Assembly: GCA_029932645.1 (NCBI GenBank)
Contig: JAOZPR010000002.1
Span: 17,211-44,333 of the forward strand
DNA: 27,123 bases
Direction: 5' to 3'
Source: Candidatus Aenigmatarchaeota archaeon
GTDB lineage: Archaea; Aenigmatarchaeota; Aenigmatarchaeia; GW2011-AR5; JAGGXF01
Position numbers and translations under genes: made by a program. Position 1 is the stretch's first letter, and every line of letters starts with the position of its first letter. The notes under the pieces are model-generated. The model ran no database searches, had not been told where the DNA came from, and was given only the letters and a program-made list of their open reading frames with translations. Of the stretch, positions 1 through 8,767 are shown piece by piece.

Positions 1-5
1 GTCAT
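1..5 (-). CDS. Possible start (ATG AC...) of the next gene, plausibly gatE, truncated by the window edge
   Basis: ATG on the minus strand at 5-3, 4 nt after the gatD stop. gatE commonly follows gatD in archaea. Only 5 nt are visible. Confidence 0.25.
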
Positions 6-9
6 ATTA

Positions 10-1353
10 TCAATATAGGAATGCTCTCGCATCTATGGATGTTGTTATCTCGCCAGCCATGTTCGTGAGCATGAGTTTTCTTACTTCGTCCAAATCCTTG
101 GTATGGCCAAGTACCCACCCAAGCTTTACGTATGCGATCTCAGGCTGCATGTCCTCGCATGGAATAGCGCCAGCCTCATGATAAAGTATGCGAAGATTGG
201 TATAAACGTTAGCGTTCACACGGCCGTATATGGTTTGCGAGGTTACAGCAATAGCGACGCCATCTTTAACGAGCTTTTTTATCTGTGGTATCCATGTCTT
301 GACGTTTTGCGTGGGCACGTGCCCCAGACCCGTTCCTTCGATAACAATTCCACGGTATTTTTTTGATGCGAAGTAGTCAAGCACATTCGGGTCTGAACCT
401 GGATATACCTTGAGAAGCGCTGTTTTCTCTTCGAACTTTGTATCAGCAGTGGCTTTTTCCTTATCATTTCTTTTCTTGCAGTTTTTATTCATTTTTTCCA
501 TACGTCCGTCAGGCCAGACCTTTGCCAGGGGATATTCATTTATTGGTCTGAACGCGTCCCTGCGCGAGGTATGCATTTTTCTGACCTTTGTGCCTCTAAT
601 GAACAGGCAGTAGTCATCGTTCATAGAGCCGTGCATGCAGATGCCGACCTCAGCTATGTCAGAGATAGCTGCATGAGCAGAGCATATAAGATTCATGGTC
701 GTGTCAGCAGAACCTCGGTCACTGCTTCTCTGCGCACCCACAAGTACGACAGGCTTATGCAGGTTTTTGAGCATGAATGAAAGGGCAGCAGACGTGTAAT
801 GCAGCGTGTCTGTGCCATGTGTTACAATAACACCATTGTCGCCATTATTCAAACACTTTGCAGCATGCTTAGCTATAACAGCCCAGTCTTTGGGCTCCAT
901 GTCCTCTGATGCTTTCCTGAACGGCGATTCAATACTTCTGAGGTTCACGACATTAGCGAGCTCTGGTGCTGACTGCAGGATTTCCTCTGGACTCATCAGC
1001 ATGTAGACACCACCTGTCTTGTAATCAACACGCGATGAAATCGTTCCGCCTGTCGCAACAAGCGATACGGGTGGTTTTTTTGGGTCAAAAACCAGCTTGC
1101 TTATACTCTTCGCCTTTCCAAGCCCCCCTTCGCCAGCACTCAGTTTTTTCATCTCCATACCTTTCTTGTATTTCAACCCGATATTATAGCCGTTATCCAG
1201 CTTTATTATCAAACAAGATTCATCGCCTATGTCAGGTCTCGGCATGAGCAGACCTTCATAACTCTCGCCTTCAACAGAAACAGCGACCCGGTCGCCGACA
1301 CCAGCCCCAGATTCTTTTATCAATGTTTTCAAAGCTTGTGAATATCCTGTCAT
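10..1353 (-). CDS. gatD: Glu-tRNA(Gln) amidotransferase subunit D
   Basis: N-terminal KLDNGYNIG domain plus asparaginase motifs TGGTISSRVDY, HGTDT, GAQRSSDR and RKMHTSRRDAF. ATG at 1353 follows a GGTGG SD. Confidence 0.96.
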   Translation of the reverse strand: MTGYSQALKTLIKESGAGVGDRVAVSVEGESYEGLLMPRPDIGDESCLIIKLDNGYNIGLKYKKGMEMKKLSAGEGGLGKAKSISKLVFDPKKPPVSLVATGGTISSRVDYKTGGVYMLMSPEEILQSAPELANVVNLRSIESPFRKASEDMEPKDWAVIAKHAAKCLNNGDNGVIVTHGTDTLHYTSAALSFMLKNLHKPVVLVGAQRSSDRGSADTTMNLICSAHAAISDIAEVGICMHGSMNDDYCLFIRGTKVRKMHTSRRDAFRPINEYPLAKVWPDGRMEKMNKNCKKRNDKEKATADTKFEEKTALLKVYPGSDPNVLDYFASKKYRGIVIEGTGLGHVPTQNVKTWIPQIKKLVKDGVAIAVTSQTIYGRVNANVYTNLRILYHEAGAIPCEDMQPEIAYVKLGWVLGHTKDLDEVRKLMLTNMAGEITTSIDARAFLY

Positions 1354-1425
1354 CAAACCACCATAATAAATTTTAAGTCAGCTTTTAATCCAACCCCACC
1401 ATAACTGATAATAATTATTTATTAG

Positions 1426-1451
1426 AATAGTTATTAAAAATAGTTATTAAA
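1426..1451. repeat. 13-bp perfect tandem duplication (AATAGTTATTAAA x2)
   Basis: Read directly in the intergenic region upstream of gatD. Confidence 0.85.
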
Positions 1452-1498
1452 GTTAGCATCGTTACACAACTCTCGCGTAAATGGGTTTGTATAATACT

Positions 1499-1538
1499 TG
1501 CTATATACAACCACCCTAGGACGCAAGGTTATATAGCA
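1499..1538. promoter_or_regulatory. Inverted repeat TGCTATATA-N22-TATATAGCA in a divergent promoter region
   Basis: Perfect 9-bp arms, each containing a TATA-like core. Function is inferred. Confidence 0.45.
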
Positions 1539-1573
1539 GCCAATCTAAATAAATAAACAGGGAGGTGAAAGAA

Positions 1574-1774
1574 ATGGGTTTTGAAACTTGGGCAGATTCG
1601 AAAATAAAAAAATTACATTGGACAGACATAGCGCTAGTAAAACTCTCTGTTGCTGGCTTTGTTTTAATGGTGGCAAAACTTTGGGAGCCGTTGCTTAGTT
1701 TAGATTGGTACTGGTATGCAATAATCTTCGTGTTGGCAGCAATAAAACCAATGTTTAAACTATATGTAAAATAG
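1574..1774 (+). CDS. Small two-TM membrane protein, unknown function (66 aa)
   Basis: Strong SD GGAGGTGA 5 nt before ATG 1574. Two hydrophobic segments and a Trp-rich LSLDWYWY motif. Confidence 0.8.
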   Translation: MGFETWADSKIKKLHWTDIALVKLSVAGFVLMVAKLWEPLLSLDWYWYAIIFVLAAIKPMFKLYVK

Positions 1775-1786
1775 GTGTAAAATAGG
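1765..1786. repeat. 11-bp perfect tandem duplication (TGTAAAATAGG x2) spanning the stop codon
   Basis: Read directly in the sequence. Confidence 0.85.
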
Positions 1787-1831
1787 TGGCCATCAGCCGA
1801 CTCTGCAGAAATTCCTTTAGAATTTTTTATA

Positions 1832-2479
1832 TCACTTCAAAACATTCAGCAGAAATCGCAAATCTTTTTTTACAAAAACCCTGTCTGCGCTCTCGATGAT
1901 GTACCTGTCTTTTGGATTAAAAGCTATAAACAGGCCAGCCCGCTCACCCATTGGTACATCCAGGATGGAGTCGCCGACAACCACGACATTGTTTCTTGCG
2001 ATATCATTCTCTGCCATGACTTGTTCAAGATACTTTGCCTTTGTATATCTGTCAACCTGCTCTATAATTTTTCCAGTAAACACCTTTCCTTTGGTTTCAA
2101 GAATTGTCCCGCACTCTATGTCTATAGGTAGCTTTTCGGCGAGCACATCTACGACAAACTCTGGTGCTGTTGTGAACACGCCGATAAAATATCCCCTATG
2201 CTTGAGTTCATTGAGCGTGTGCTCGGCGCCTTCTGTAATTGGGAATGTCTGCACGATGCGTTTTGCCTGCTCAATGCGTTTGCCCTTCAGCATATTCACA
2301 ACTTCATCAAAGCGCCACGAAGGCTCTTCCATCTTTTTGGAAAATTCCATGTGAATTTTACTCGCTTTCTTGACATTTCCTAGTTGCATAGCCAAATTTT
2401 GCAACGCGCCTGTTCTCAAATCCAGAAGAACGCCGTCTAAGTCGAAAATAACAAGCTTCTCTATTTTTGGTTCAAGCAT
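1832..2479 (-). CDS. HAD-superfamily phosphatase, phosphoserine phosphatase (SerB)-like
   Basis: Motif I IFDLDGVL, conserved Lys in TKAKYL, motif IV VGDSILD and the IAFNPK tail typical of SerB-like HAD-IB enzymes. Confidence 0.82.
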   Translation of the reverse strand: MLEPKIEKLVIFDLDGVLLDLRTGALQNLAMQLGNVKKASKIHMEFSKKMEEPSWRFDEVVNMLKGKRIEQAKRIVQTFPITEGAEHTLNELKHRGYFIGVFTTAPEFVVDVLAEKLPIDIECGTILETKGKVFTGKIIEQVDRYTKAKYLEQVMAENDIARNNVVVVGDSILDVPMGERAGLFIAFNPKDRYIIESADRVFVKKDLRFLLNVLK

Positions 2480-2516
2480 AAACCATTATTAAATCTTTGC
2501 GTATAAATTATTTTTC
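2480..2516. promoter_or_regulatory. 37-bp bidirectional promoter region for probably leaderless transcripts
   Basis: TTATTAAA (+, 2486-2493) and AATTTATA (-, 2509-2502) each lie ~22-23 nt before the respective ATG. No SD is present. Confidence 0.55.
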
Positions 2517-3209
2517 ATGAACGTCTTGGCATTGTTTTCAGGCGGCAAGGATTCAACATACGCTGTTTACCTTGCGAAACAGCAGAAACATAATATAAAA
2601 TACCTAGTGTCAATCATATCTGAGAATCCTGACTCTTACATGTTTCACACGGCAAACATAGGCCTCGCCAGTGTTCAAGCAAAGGTTATGAACATACCAG
2701 TAATAATAAAAGAGACGCGGGGCGAAAAGGAGAAAGAACTGTTGGACTTGGAAGCTGCAATTAAGGAAGCCGCACAAAAGCATTCCATATCTGGCATTGT
2801 ATGCGGCGCAATAGCAAGCAAATACCAGCGGAGCCGCGTTGATAAAATTGCCAAGAAGCTTGGGCTTGTATCGCTGACGCCGTTGTGGCACAAAGACCCA
2901 GAAACATTGCTGAGAGATATGTTGCGCGCCGGATTCAGAATCATAATAACAGCTGTGTCAGCAGAAGGTTTTGGCCAGTCTTGGCTGGGCAGGATAATTG
3001 ATGAGCAGACAATACAGGACTTGCTGGAGCTGAACAAAAAACACGGTGTGCACATATCGGGTGAGGGAGGCGAGTATGAGACGCTTGTTCTGGATTGTCC
3101 ACTTTTTGCCAAGAGCATTAAAATAACAGAGAGCGACGTTTGGTGGCAAGGAAACAGCGGACGTTTGATGATAAAAGACGTCGTGCTTGAGGACAAGACA
3201 GCTGATTAA
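2517..3209 (+). CDS. dph6: Diphthine--ammonia ligase (PP-loop ATPase)
   Basis: LFSGGKDS PP-loop, SYMFH, GAIASKYQ, PLW and GEGGEYETLVLDCPLF. Confidence 0.9.
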   Translation: MNVLALFSGGKDSTYAVYLAKQQKHNIKYLVSIISENPDSYMFHTANIGLASVQAKVMNIPVIIKETRGEKEKELLDLEAAIKEAAQKHSISGIVCGAIASKYQRSRVDKIAKKLGLVSLTPLWHKDPETLLRDMLRAGFRIIITAVSAEGFGQSWLGRIIDEQTIQDLLELNKKHGVHISGEGGEYETLVLDCPLFAKSIKITESDVWWQGNSGRLMIKDVVLEDKTAD

Positions 3210-3221
3210 TAAAAATAAGAA

Positions 3222-4496
3222 TTATCCGAACAACCTGCTCACACAGTCTTCGACTTTTTCATAAATCTCTTCTTCATCTATCGTGAGAATCTTTCTATTT
3301 TGCATTATCAGTTTGCCGTCTATTATAACTGTGTCAACTGCTGAGCTCGGCGTTGCATAGACCAGGTCTGAGATAATTCGCTCTTGGCCGTGTAGCGGGT
3401 ACAGAGCAGGGTTTTTTAGGTTGAGTAGAACCAAATCTGCTGTCTTACCCTGTTCTATCGAACCACTATTAATACCAAGTGCTTTTGCAGCATTCACGGT
3501 GGCAAGCCTGAATACATCCTCAGCTTTCAGGGCAGTCGTGTCTTTTGTTGATATTTTCTGAAGCAGCGCAGTTGTTTTCATCTCTTCAAACATGTCCAGG
3601 TTGTTGTTAGAAGCTGCACCGTCCGTTCCAATACAGACATTGACATTATTTTTTAACAACGATGTCACAGGACATATACCCGAGGCCAACTTCATGTTCG
3701 AGGCTGGGTTATGAACAACAGAAACCTTATTCTTTAATAATATTTCAATTTCTTTGTCACTTAGCCAGCAGCAGTGAGCAGCGATGACGCTCTCTGAAAG
3801 AAATCCTATATCTTCTAAGTATTCCACAGGCCGTTTTTTCTTTTCATGAAGACAGTCATCGACTTCCTTTTTCGTTTCCGATACATGCATATGTACTTTT
3901 TTACCGTGTTTATCGGCCAAGTCTTTTATTTTCAAAAGAAAATCCTCTGAGCACGTGTATATTGCATGCGGACCGAACATCCATTGTATCCTAGGGTTAT
4001 CTGAACAAGATTTTATTTCAGATACGACTTCTTTTAACTTTTGTTCTCCCTTACCATCTCTGTCTGTAAGCCCACGCGACAGAACAGCTCTTATACCACT
4101 CTTATCAGCCACTCTCGCGACCTCGCTCATAAAATAGTACATATCATTGAAGCATGTTGTCCCGCTCTTTATCATTTCCACAATTCCGAGCATTGAGCCC
4201 CAATAGATATCCTTTGGCTTTAGTTTGTCTTCAACAGGAAAAATCTTTTTTTCAAGCCAGTCCTGTAGCGAAACGTCATCACCATACCCTCTGAATAATG
4301 TCATGGCAGCATGCGTGTGTGCATTAACAAGTCCAGGAATTACGAGAAATCCCGAGGCGTCTATAATATCATCGGTTTTATCTACACCAGCCAAAGAATC
4401 AGAAACAGAATCAATAACAGAGTCCTTTATGACTATATTTTTCTTTTCTTCTATACCTTTTGGTGTAAGCACAAAGTGGGCATTTTTTATCAGCAT
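3222..4496 (-). CDS. mtaD: 5'-methylthioadenosine/S-adenosylhomocysteine deaminase-type amidohydrolase
   Basis: PGLVNAHTH, DMY, PHAIYTC, HMHVSET, AHC, HNPASNMKLASG and GTDGAASNN. Start reset to MLIKNA (4496) because the longer ORF overlaps mscS. Confidence 0.85.
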   Translation of the reverse strand: MLIKNAHFVLTPKGIEEKKNIVIKDSVIDSVSDSLAGVDKTDDIIDASGFLVIPGLVNAHTHAAMTLFRGYGDDVSLQDWLEKKIFPVEDKLKPKDIYWGSMLGIVEMIKSGTTCFNDMYYFMSEVARVADKSGIRAVLSRGLTDRDGKGEQKLKEVVSEIKSCSDNPRIQWMFGPHAIYTCSEDFLLKIKDLADKHGKKVHMHVSETKKEVDDCLHEKKKRPVEYLEDIGFLSESVIAAHCCWLSDKEIEILLKNKVSVVHNPASNMKLASGICPVTSLLKNNVNVCIGTDGAASNNNLDMFEEMKTTALLQKISTKDTTALKAEDVFRLATVNAAKALGINSGSIEQGKTADLVLLNLKNPALYPLHGQERIISDLVYATPSSAVDTVIIDGKLIMQNRKILTIDEEEIYEKVEDCVSRLFG

Positions 4497-4507
4497 GAAA
4501 AACAGCT

Positions 4508-5554
4508 CTAATCTTTTTTCATATATATTGTTCTTGTCGGAAATGGTATTTCTATTCCCTCTTTTACGAGTCTCTTGTATATGGCTGTATTTAGCTTGTC
4601 CTTTATCGAAAATATGCTCGGGCTCGGCGCCCAGCAAATCAAGAGGAAGTTGAGGGAGAAGTCAGCCATCTCCTTGAAGTAGACACTAGGTTCTGGCTCG
4701 TCCAGCACGTCTTTACATTTTTTTGCTTCATCAATTATTATTTGTTTTACCTTATCAACATCAGAGCCATATGCTACGCCTATTGTGATTTTTACCTTGG
4801 TCTTCGCCTCAGGCGCGTTCCAGTTTACAACACGCGAGTTGGCTATGACAGAATTAGGTATCGATAGTTCTGTGTTGTTAAATGTTTTTATTCTGGTTGT
4901 CCTGACGCCAATGCTGAGAACATGACCTTGTTCTCCTGACTCAAGCTGCACGCGGTCGCCAATCCTGAACGGCTTGTCAAAGAATATTGATATGCCGCCA
5001 AAGAAGTTGGCTATCGTGTCCTTTGCAGCGAACGCAACAGCAAAGCCGGCTATGCCAGCAGACGCGACTAGCGGTGTTATATCTATATTCCATATTCTTA
5101 GTATGAACATAACTCCAAATAAATATACGAATAACTCAGCTAGGTTTTCCAATAGTGGCAGCAGATGATTATCTAAATCAGATGCTGTGCGATCAGCGAT
5201 TTTGCGGCCGTATTGCTCTATAAAGAGCTTCAGCACCTTGGCGATTGTAAATGAAATGATAATAACGAGAATTGTCAACACTATATTGTCCATTGTTGTT
5301 GCTATCGTCATACCCAGACCAAGATATTTTATGCATGTGTAAACACCTGCCAGTATTATCGTGTAAAAGATAGGCCGTCTTAGCATCTCTGCAAGCTTGT
5401 CATCGAAGTCTGTCTTGGTCTTTGACGTTATTCTTGGCAAAAGGTGTTTGAATAGATAGGACACAACCCAGGCTAGGATAAACGAGAAGATGAGAATCAG
5501 CAGCGCCACCACATACTTGGACTGCGGCAGATAGTGTAAAAGCTGTTCGAACAT
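4508..5554 (-). CDS. mscS: Small-conductance mechanosensitive channel (MscS family)
   Basis: N-terminal TMs, AGIAGFAVAFAAKDTIANFFGG, KPFRIGD, IPNS, GVAYGSD and GIEIPFPTR. Confidence 0.92.
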   Translation of the reverse strand: MFEQLLHYLPQSKYVVALLILIFSFILAWVVSYLFKHLLPRITSKTKTDFDDKLAEMLRRPIFYTIILAGVYTCIKYLGLGMTIATTMDNIVLTILVIIISFTIAKVLKLFIEQYGRKIADRTASDLDNHLLPLLENLAELFVYLFGVMFILRIWNIDITPLVASAGIAGFAVAFAAKDTIANFFGGISIFFDKPFRIGDRVQLESGEQGHVLSIGVRTTRIKTFNNTELSIPNSVIANSRVVNWNAPEAKTKVKITIGVAYGSDVDKVKQIIIDEAKKCKDVLDEPEPSVYFKEMADFSLNFLLICWAPSPSIFSIKDKLNTAIYKRLVKEGIEIPFPTRTIYMKKD

Positions 5555-5633
5555 ATCTAAAACTTGAATGAAAATTTTTTAAAGCTTGAGACACTTTGTT
5601 TTGCGTACTGTATCGACTGATATTATATTTTCA

Positions 5634-5831
5634 TCATTCTTTATTCTTTTTTGTCTTCTCAAGCGTTATAGCATTCATCGGGCAGTTTTTAACGCATTGT
5701 TCGCATTCTGTGCATTTATCAGGGTTAGCAACGTGCGACTTGCCTTCCTTGAGTTCAAAAACACCTACAGGGCAGACAGAAACACAAGCCCCGCATCCGA
5801 TACACTTCTCATGGTCAACTTTTGGTGGCAT
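5634..5831 (-). CDS. 2[4Fe-4S] ferredoxin
   Basis: Two CxxCxxCxxxCP motifs. GGAGGGTGA SD. Confidence 0.93.
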   Translation of the reverse strand: MPPKVDHEKCIGCGACVSVCPVGVFELKEGKSHVANPDKCTECEQCVKNCPMNAITLEKTKKNKE

Positions 5832-5937
5832 TGTTCACCCTCCTTACCGATTTCTATAATCATTAGGTCTGCTATTCATTTAAATTTTTCATTTTAAATT
5901 AGTTTTAGGCTAGTAATTAATAAAGTTTTTTCTGTCG

Positions 5938-6576
5938 ATGTACATGGGAAAAGAAATAAAAACCATTATCAAGGAGATGCGGAGACACATTGGTGCTACG
6001 ACAGCCACTGTGCAACACGAGGATCCGTTCCGCGTTCTTATAGCGACTGTTCTTAGCCAGCGCACGCGTGACGAGAACACGGGCAAAGCGGCAGAGGCGC
6101 TGTTCAAGAAATACAACACGCCGAAAAAGCTGGCCAGAGCCAGAGTAACCGATATAGAAAAGCTTATCAGGCCGTCAGGCTTTTACAAGGTGAAGGCGCG
6201 CAGAGTAAAAGAGATAAGTAAGATACTCTTGGATAATTATAATGGCAGAGTTCCTGAGGACATTGAAAGCCTGCTCAAACTTCCCGGCGTAGGTCGAAAG
6301 ACAGCCAACTGCGTGCTCGTTTATGCTTTCGGAACACCGAGCATACCTGTTGACACGCATGTCCACAGAATCTCGAACAGGCTCGGTTTGGTCCACACAA
6401 AAACGCCCGCACAAACAGAAGCCGCGCTCATGAAAAGCGTGCCCAAAAGATACTGGCTCACGGTAAATGAACTCATGGTAAAGTTTGGACAGCGCGTGTG
6501 CAAGCCCATAAAGCCGAGATGCGGAATATGCAAACTAAAGAAAATATGTCGATATTATCGCTCAAAAGCACACTAG
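5938..6576 (+). CDS. nth: Endonuclease III
   Basis: LSQRTRD, Hh[24 protein letters not shown] and the [4Fe-4S] motif C-x6-C-x2-C-x5-C. The start may be 5944. Confidence 0.95.
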   Translation: MYMGKEIKTIIKEMRRHIGATTATVQHEDPFRVLIATVLSQRTRDENTGKAAEALFKKYNTPKKLARARVTDIEKLIRPSGFYKVKARRVKEISKILLDNYNGRVPEDIESLLKLPGVGRKTANCVLVYAFGTPSIPVDTHVHRISNRLGLVHTKTPAQTEAALMKSVPKRYWLTVNELMVKFGQRVCKPIKPRCGICKLKKICRYYRSKAH

Positions 6577-6666
6577 AACATCACAGGGGTTTATAAAGAT
6601 TTCTTACTATCTAATAGTTACAATTTTAATACATTTTAATACAGTATCATATTTTTGGGTGAAAGA

Positions 6667-6942
6667 ATGAAATGTAAGTGCGGTAATAAACTGGATGTTG
6701 CCATAGGAGCGCGCCTTCGAACAAAGGGTTGCTCTGTTTTAACAAGTTCTGTGTGCGTTGTTGTTGTGAAGTGCAATAAATGCGGCGCAATAATACAATT
6801 GCCTCTGAATGTGGGTGATAAAAAATCACAAGCTGAAAAGACAAAACCCACAAAACTCAGAAATAAAAAGCATAAAAACACTAGAACAAGGCACAAGCCG
6901 AGAAAAAGAATCAAGGAGCCTGAAATAAGATATATCGGCTAG
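6667..6942 (+). CDS. Small Zn-ribbon-like protein with a basic tail and C-terminal YIG
   Basis: GGGTGA SD before ATG 6667. CKCG and CNKCG knuckles, Lys/Arg-rich tail, ends EPEIRYIG. Confidence 0.7.
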   Translation: MKCKCGNKLDVAIGARLRTKGCSVLTSSVCVVVVKCNKCGAIIQLPLNVGDKKSQAEKTKPTKLRNKKHKNTRTRHKPRKRIKEPEIRYIG

Positions 6943-6945
6943 TTT

Positions 6946-7431
6946 CTACTCAACAACAAAACCGAACTTCTCAAGCATTTCGCGTCTCTCTTTCTTCTGC
7001 TCGTCTGTTTCAATCTTTGTTGCCTTTTTTCCGTCTACGACACCGACAACACTCCGTCCCAAACCAGTTTCTTTTACTATAACTTGCAATGGGTTTGATG
7101 TCGCTGCGTATATTCCGGCGACGCATGGATGATTTTTCAGAGACTTGAGAACATGTATAGGATATGCACCCTTCATATACACAACAAAAACATGTCCTGC
7201 GCCTATCTTAAGGCAGGCCTCGGCTGCGAGCTTCTTGAGTTTGTCATTGTTGCCGTTCACACGCGTAAGCTGCGGTTTTGCCTCGTTCATTGCCAATGCA
7301 AAATCCAGCTTAGGCACAGATATGAGCACAGCCTTGTATAAATCATCAACAGCAAATATGGAAAAATTACCCTGACCAATTATTATTTCATATTCTTCTG
7401 GATTCTCTATGTCTATTACTTCTTCTCTCAT
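6946..7431 (-). CDS. Adenosine-specific kinase / AMP-binding family protein (PAE2307-like)
   Basis: IIGQ, NEA, GNND, IGAGHVF, AYPI, ATSNPLQVIV, GRSVVGVVDG and the ERRxxLxxxG tail. GGTGA SD. Confidence 0.82.
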   Translation of the reverse strand: MREEVIDIENPEEYEIIIGQGNFSIFAVDDLYKAVLISVPKLDFALAMNEAKPQLTRVNGNNDKLKKLAAEACLKIGAGHVFVVYMKGAYPIHVLKSLKNHPCVAGIYAATSNPLQVIVKETGLGRSVVGVVDGKKATKIETDEQKKERREMLEKFGFVVE

Positions 7432-7452
7432 AACATCACCTTTCGTGCAAAA

Positions 7453-7767
7453 CTATTCTAGCTTGACAGCTGTGCCATAGGCAAGCAGCTCAGCAGCACC
7501 AGCCATTATCTGAGACGTTGCAAAGCGGACGTTTACAACAGCGTCTGCGCCCACGCTTTCCGCATTTTTAATCATTCGCTGCAGCGCGATTTCCCTTGTC
7601 TCGCTCAGCATTTGCGTGTATTCTGTTAGTTCGCCGCCCACTATGTTGCGAAGCCCGGCCACGATATCCTTGCCAATATGCTTTGCACGGATTGCGTTAC
7701 CTTTAACAATGCCCAAGGTCTGTGAAATTTTCTTTCCAGGAATTGTTTCGGTATTGACAATTATCAT
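7453..7767 (-). CDS. YbjQ / UPF0145 family protein
   Basis: LGIVKG, GLRNIVGGELTEYT, GADAVVNVRF and ELLAYGTAV. GGAGGTG SD. Confidence 0.93.
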   Translation of the reverse strand: MIIVNTETIPGKKISQTLGIVKGNAIRAKHIGKDIVAGLRNIVGGELTEYTQMLSETREIALQRMIKNAESVGADAVVNVRFATSQIMAGAAELLAYGTAVKLE

Positions 7768-7779
7768 CCGTCACACCTC

Positions 7780-7995
7780 CTAAGCTTTATATTCTATATC
7801 TTTCTCTTTTGGCATTTTGCCCTTTTCAAGATAGAGCTTTAACAATATTAATAAAATACCAAGGAACAGTAAAACAAGGCCTGCTTTTATGAATATCGGC
7901 ATATCGTTCTCTGTGAAGGCCTTGTACATAGGATAAACGACTAGTATCAGGATGCCAAAAACCACAAGCCACGTACCAGCTGCCTTAACATCCAT
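7780..7995 (-). CDS. Small two-TM membrane protein
   Basis: GGTGA SD before ATG 7995 (MDVKAAG). Two hydrophobic helices. Ends 12 nt before the YbjQ gene. Confidence 0.75.
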   Translation of the reverse strand: MDVKAAGTWLVVFGILILVVYPMYKAFTENDMPIFIKAGLVLLFLGILLILLKLYLEKGKMPKEKDIEYKA

Positions 7996-8164
7996 TTCAT
8001 TCACCTATTAATTATTCTCGAGCCAAGATATTAAAACATAATCTTGCGCGGGAAAGAAATAAAATTAGATTAAAATAAATTATAAAATAAAGAAAAAGTG
8101 GCTTGCTGCATTTCTATATGGCCATCTTCTTGGGCAAAGCGATTGTGTTGCGTGTTTTTGTCAT

Positions 8165-8662
8165 TCAGGTTTTCCCTGGCTTTTCGCCGCCTGTTATGAA
8201 CATCACTGCAAACGCCACGACCAAAACCATGAATATTGCTCCCATCATCTCGTCCGTGAGCCTGATTCCTGCGACCGAAGGTCCGCCTACTGCCAGGAAT
8301 AGCAGAATAGCTATAATTACAGCAACAAGACCGATTACGTTCTTATTAGTATCTTCGTCTATCTTGAACCCTAACATGCCGCCAAAGAGCAGAAATACCA
8401 GTATACCGCCGAATATTATCGAGCTACCGCCGAATATATTGATGAAAAAGTTGCCGACAGCATCGCCAGCATAACCAGTGACAAAAAATGCGAATATCAG
8501 CGCAATGAGACCGTTGATGTTTTTAGCTTGGTCGCCAAAGACTTTTGTCTTCTGGAGAATCGCGTAGACTATTGCAAACACGAGCAGCCACGGCAACACG
8601 AAGCCGTAAAAGCCCATGTTATTCAGGTTTTGAATCAGTGTTGCGAATATTCCCAAACCCAT
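8165..8662 (-). CDS. Uncharacterised multi-pass membrane protein (paralog A)
   Basis: About 5 TM segments with the N-terminal motif LPWLLVFAIVYAILQKTKVFG...KNINGLIAL. Confidence 0.85.
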   Translation of the reverse strand: MGLGIFATLIQNLNNMGFYGFVLPWLLVFAIVYAILQKTKVFGDQAKNINGLIALIFAFFVTGYAGDAVGNFFINIFGGSSIIFGGILVFLLFGGMLGFKIDEDTNKNVIGLVAVIIAILLFLAVGGPSVAGIRLTDEMMGAIFMVLVVAFAVMFITGGEKPGKT

Positions 8663-8688
8663 TTTTCAACCCCCTATAAGCATCCTAC

Positions 8689-8743
8689 ATGATTGTTATA
8701 TGCGGTTTTGATTATTATTCCTTATGATTATTATATGCGGTTT
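8689..8743. repeat. 20-bp direct repeat ATGATT(G/A)TTATATGCGGTTT at 8689-8708 and 8724-8743
   Basis: 19 of 20 positions identical, 35-bp period. Lies between a minus-strand ATTTATAAAAA box (8757-8747) and the ATG at 8662. Confidence 0.85.
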
Positions 8744-8767
8744 ACCTTTTTATAAATGCGTGATTGG

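Noticed and set aside
4497..4637. N-terminal extension of the amidohydrolase ORF in the track
   Set aside because: It overlaps the mscS 3' end by 130 nt, and the family-typical N-terminus begins at MLIKNA (4496).
8114..8164. 16-codon minus-strand ORF (MTKTRNTIALPKKMAI) starting right after the paralog A stop
   Set aside because: Too short, no SD and no supporting features. It could easily be chance.
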